A stretch of 63,712 bases of DNA, counting the filler, from Craspedostauros australis (Eukaryota), in NCBI GenBank assembly GCA_030167865.1. It is 8 parts of 8 records of this genome, joined end to end, with 100 filler letters (N's around TTAATTAATTAA, not from the genome) between each part and the next. Parts side by side here need not be neighbours in the genome. Positions count along the whole stretch, not along the records: positions 56,419 to 62,574 come from JALAGF010002111.1; positions 62,675 to 63,712 come from JALAGF010002118.1; 6 more parts are not named here. One strand, given 5' to 3'. The notes below the pieces were generated by a model. The model was given only the letters and a program-made list of their open reading frames with translations, ran no database searches and had not been told where the DNA came from. Both the position numbers and the translations under genes were made by a program. Position 1 is the stretch's first letter, and every line of letters starts with the position of its first letter. Below are positions 59,659-63,712 of this stretch, piece after piece.

Positions 59659-61200
59659 GGTGCTGCTGCTGCTGGTAGTAACTTTGATGCAGCTGATGAG
59701 ATTTCGCTTCGATGTGGTGCGTCGGATTGTTGGATCCCAGGTCGCGAGGATTCGGTTCGGAGGAAGCAGGATCAATCTGACCAACGCTGTTGGCAGTACG
59801 ACTCTGCAGTGTCTCGGCTGCTCTGCGCTCTCGCTCTCGCGCGCTTTCCTCTGCGGATTTTGGTGTCGTTCCTTCCGCTGTTATCGTATTGATTGTCTTG
59901 GAACTCGTTCGACGTTCTTTTGGGTATCAGGAGGAACGAGAGAGAGAAAGAGAGAGGATGTGTGCGCGTGCGCGTGTGCATGTGCGAGTCGCGAATGATA
60001 TGTGTTGGTATGTGTGGTAGAATGGTGTGAGATTACAAAGTGATGAATAGGGTTCGGTACAGCAGAGTTGGCGCGGAGGACCGTCATCGAGATGCGTATG
60101 GTGAGGCTCGGTTGATTCTTCGATGCATACTAAGGATACGCATCCATGTGGACTCCAACCGAACGCGTGAACTTACTTCGTTTCATCCCTTGCTTTTTAG
60201 ACGTCATTTTTGTTGCAAGGCTTGCGACCTCAACTTCATTATCGCAGTCTGCCTTTACCGTTGCCGACAATCTCTCGGTCGGTTTCGTGGGCGGTTTCCA
60301 AGTGAGATTCTGAGACTTCATCATGTGACTGGCGAGTTTCATGATGTTTCCGTGACTCTTCTCCAGTGTAGATGACTTCTTATCCGTAGGTTCCACAATG
60401 GGCTTGTGGCTACAACCCTGCTTCTTGGAGTACTTCTTGAAGTAATCGAAGGGCTGCGGCTTTGGGCCGGCGGTGGTCGACTTCTTTCTTTTGCGCTTGG
60501 TCTCAGATGATTTTCCAGCTGTGTTGGTGTACGCTGCCTTTCGCGACGCTTGCACCAACTGCGCTGCTGCTACCGCTGCCTTCGCTGTCGGTCGCCGGGT
60601 CCGAGACGCTGATGAGCGTGACTTTGACCGCGCGGCTGCTGCTGCTGCTGCTGCCAACGCCGCTGAAGCTTGCCTCGCCTGCTCTTTCATATGCTCGCGT
60701 AAAGCCTGCGATGTTTTTTCGACCGGTCTCATTCCCGTGACTGGGACCCACTTCTCTTCGTCGGCGTCCCAGTCCATGAACCGGCCACCAGCCCTGTACA
60801 CGAGCTGCACGCACTGCTTTGCGATCCTCAATTTCATGTGCTTCTTTGCTTCGGTGTAGGTTTGTCGGTGGTTGTTGATGATGGCACGGTACCTCACGTT
60901 GCCAACAGTTTGGACGATCCCGCCACCGCGGCCAAGCAGGACATCGACAGGGGTGATGCCCTCGAGTGCCATCTTCTTTGACAATTTTGCTAAGTTTTTC
61001 TTGTCATCGGCGCTTCCGCTTCCGCTTCCAGTTCCGTCCGTACCCGTATCCGTACCCTTGCCCTCGTTCATACCTGTGTCCGTGCCAGTGTCCGTGCCCA
61101 CGCTCGTGACTTGGACCGCATCTTCATGTTCGTCTCCGTCTCCATCCAGCTTCGCAACCTCAAACGTGGCGGCACCACCCTTCCGCTGCGCTACATCCAT
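57950..61200 (-). CDS. About 1000-aa putative transcriptional regulator: DUF6824 domain + Gln/His-rich region + helicase-associated (HA) domain, 2 exons
   Basis: Exon 61200-60177 (DVLLGRGGG..GNVRYR..GGRF..EKTSQALRE). Phase-1 intron 60176-59917 (GTAAGT..CT tract..AAG). Exon 59916-57950 is open through to WDGMFTELQAFFNKYGHCFV..LFDWMCHQR..RFELLRMVDF. Confidence 0.8.
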
Positions 61201-62674
61201 TTTTGTTTGCTTCGTCTGTGTCGGATGTTGTTGCTCGTCGGTTGCGATTACAACCATGTGATTTAAAAAACTAAACTCGTCCGTGCCCACGTTTTTCTGG
61301 GCTTGTACCCGTATATGTTTGCGTCCGTCGATGGGTTGGTAGTGGAGAGATGCGACAACTCGTGTCCGTTTCCGTGCCCGTGCTCGTACTCTTGCTGGTG
61401 ATGGTTCTGCAAGTATTGCTGATGTGATGCGTGTTGCGAATGTTGATTTCGAACGACCGAAGGACCAGCGAGGTTGCGGCTTGGTCGCTTGATCGCTTGA
61501 TCGCTTGATCTGTGTTCAAGATTAGCAGATCGTGTGACTTGGCGAGGGTCGATGTGTTGTATCTCGTTCTCGTTTGTGAGTAAACAATCCCTGGTGTGCT
61601 TGTCTTCTTTGATTTCGAGCGTTGTTGTTGTTGCTGCTGCAATGACTGAGGTTGTGGTTGAGATTGCGTTTGTGCTCGCTGTTGTGGTTACTTCAGTAGT
61701 TGCGTCTGTGATTCCTTCTTTGGATCGGTTTCCCGTGGTGGTCGTGGTTTCGCCCGTGTTTGGTCTCGTGTCTGTGTTCGGTTGTTTTGTTGGTCCTTGT
61801 GCGGGTGATGTTTGTCGTCATGTGTCTGGTTCCTGTGGGTCTGGCTCCTCTTTGCTCTCGCGTACATGTGTACATGTACACGTACACTCACTTCTCTGTC
61901 AGATCGCCGCGGAGCGCCAGGACCCCTGCGAGGATTGCACCGTTGTTCGTGTTGCTCTGTGTGTCATGCGGCTGCTCGTGGGCTGATACGCACGCAACAC
62001 AAGGTACAGAAACGTGCAAAGAGAAGAAAGGCACACAACGAGCTTCTGGTTTGGTCTCTTGCGGCGTGGCCGGCGCGCAGTACAATACTAGTGTGGAACT
62101 CACGTGTAGAGCGTGGTAGGTATTGTACGCAGGTGAAATGGAGGCATTCCCGCCCCTGGTGACGGTTGTTTCGCTCCAACAGGAGCATCACACTGCACAG
62201 AAAGCCACACAATAGAGGCCTATCGCATTTCACATTCACACCCCTGTGTTCATGTCACATGTGGCACTCACGTTCGGATTTCACATTGGTACTCGTGACT
62301 NGTTCGTGACCTACTCAGAGAGACGACCAACATGACTGAATCGGCTTCTCTTCTGTAGAATAGAGCTCTAGTTTAGACTGTTCTGATATGAATGCTCCTT
62401 GCATGTTATCGCATCACTTGTTGATACCAAAGGTTGATAGGATCATTAATGGGTGTGCTCTGAGTTGCACGCAACGCACATCCCTCTTTCTTCTCTTATG
62501 AGCTTCGTGTTCTGAGAGTTTCGCTGCCATCTCTTCTGTCTCAACTTTGCTACTAACAGAGGTCCGGTAACATANNNNNNNNNNNNNNNNNNNNNNNNNN
62601 NNNNNNNNNNNNNNNNNNTTAATTAATTAANNNNNNNNNNNNNNNNNNNNNNNNNNNNNNNNNNNNNNNNNNNN

Positions 62675-63712
62675 CGTCATGGATGACGGGTGAGTAGTGC
62701 TCTTGGAAGTCCACTCCTGCGACTTGTGAATAGCCACATGCAACGAGCCGCGCTCGATATGTGCTGTCACGCTTCAACTTGAAGACCCATTTGCGCTTGC
62801 AGCATCTGCGGCCGTGTGGGATGGCGTCTGGTTTGATCTTGCTGTACACCTTGCGTGTATCCATGGAGTCGAACTCCTTTTTGATGGCTGCTCGATATCC
62901 CTTTCGATGGATGGGATCTGGGTGGTTGAAGGCTCCATCACATGTCGTTGGCTCGATGTGCTTCTCTGGTTCCTTGTTCTCGTCCTGCATCGACAGTCCG
63001 ATGTCGATCGCCGGTGACTCGGTGATGATTGCATTCATCCCGTATAGTCCAGTTGTGCTATGATGAGTGATCTCGATCTCTTCTCCTTCGTCTTCAATCT
63101 CTTTGTCATCTGTAGTCTCATTGTTGGATTCGTCAGTTATCTCATCGCTGAGTTCGTCACTCGCCTCATCGGATGATGGATCGCTCTCATAGCCTTCTTC
63201 CTTTTGACCTCGTTCATTGAAGTCTGCGAGCTCACGTAGAGCTCTGGGAATACTCTTCCCTGCAGTCGGTTTGGGATTAGTTTCTCCCTTCCTGCCTCGT
63301 GCTTCATGACGTCGGATTCTCTCCTTTCTAGCTACGTCACGCTTGCTTGGTTTGCTTGGTGGAGGTCTGGATGGTGTGTCATGTTTAGACCTCGCTGGTG
63401 TGTTCGGAGGAGTAACGCCTGTGTCATCGTCGGCTTCGTCGCCGGATGGTATGATCTCGTCATCCTCCTGATTGGATTCGCTCCGATCTTCCTCGTCATT
63501 GTGGACTAGTTGGGTTACTGCTCCATCGTCTTCGTCATCCTCATCGTCGCTATCTGATAGGATGTGATATCTGTTGTTGTCAGCAAAAGATACTCTCTTC
63601 GCTTCTGATGCTTGACGCATTGCCGTCTTTGGCATTGCTCCCTTCCGTCCAATGGTTGTGAAGCCGTCTGCGTCTGTCGTTCCTACTTCGCTGGATATGT
63701 TCGGTGCTGGTG
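62675..63712 (-). mobile_element. Ty1/copia (CoDi-like) pol fragment: integrase-RT linker and RT N-terminus
   Basis: EPTT..AFNHPD..YRAAIKKEFDSM..KWVFKLKRDSTYRARLVACGYSQVAGVDFQEHYSPVIHD. Confidence 0.93.

Overview
Eukaryotic nuclear DNA, almost certainly from a diatom, judged by short GT-AG introns, a plastid bipartite presequence, a diatom-type receptor cyclase, HSF, DUF6824/HA and PPR families, and CoDi-like and Ambal-like retroelements. The window is a pseudo-scaffold of 8 contigs joined by artificial 100-nt N44-TTAATTAATTAA-N44 spacers, so adjacency across spacers is not evidence. Bases 1-30989 are gene-dense: receptor nucleotide cyclase, ELM2-SANT-PHD protein, a head-to-head pair of mu-homology-domain paralogs, a small 2-exon membrane protein, DUF1824-like plastid protein, Nup88, Zn deaminase, PPR, RPL13A, P5C reductase, ATP-PRT, a 7TM protein and organellar bL25. 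The rest mixes genes (saccharopine-dehydrogenase-like, HSF, BTB protein, DUF6824-HA protein) with transposon pieces (Copia, LINE, CpG-eroded piggyBac, a MITE, a Sola-like transposase, orphan element ends). The most notable observations are the divergent MHD paralog pair with identical intron positions, a BTB protein with an RPA70N-like OB fold, a highly symmetric MITE, and several gene models hidden from the ORF track by splicing. All family calls come from motif recognition by eye; no database search was run.
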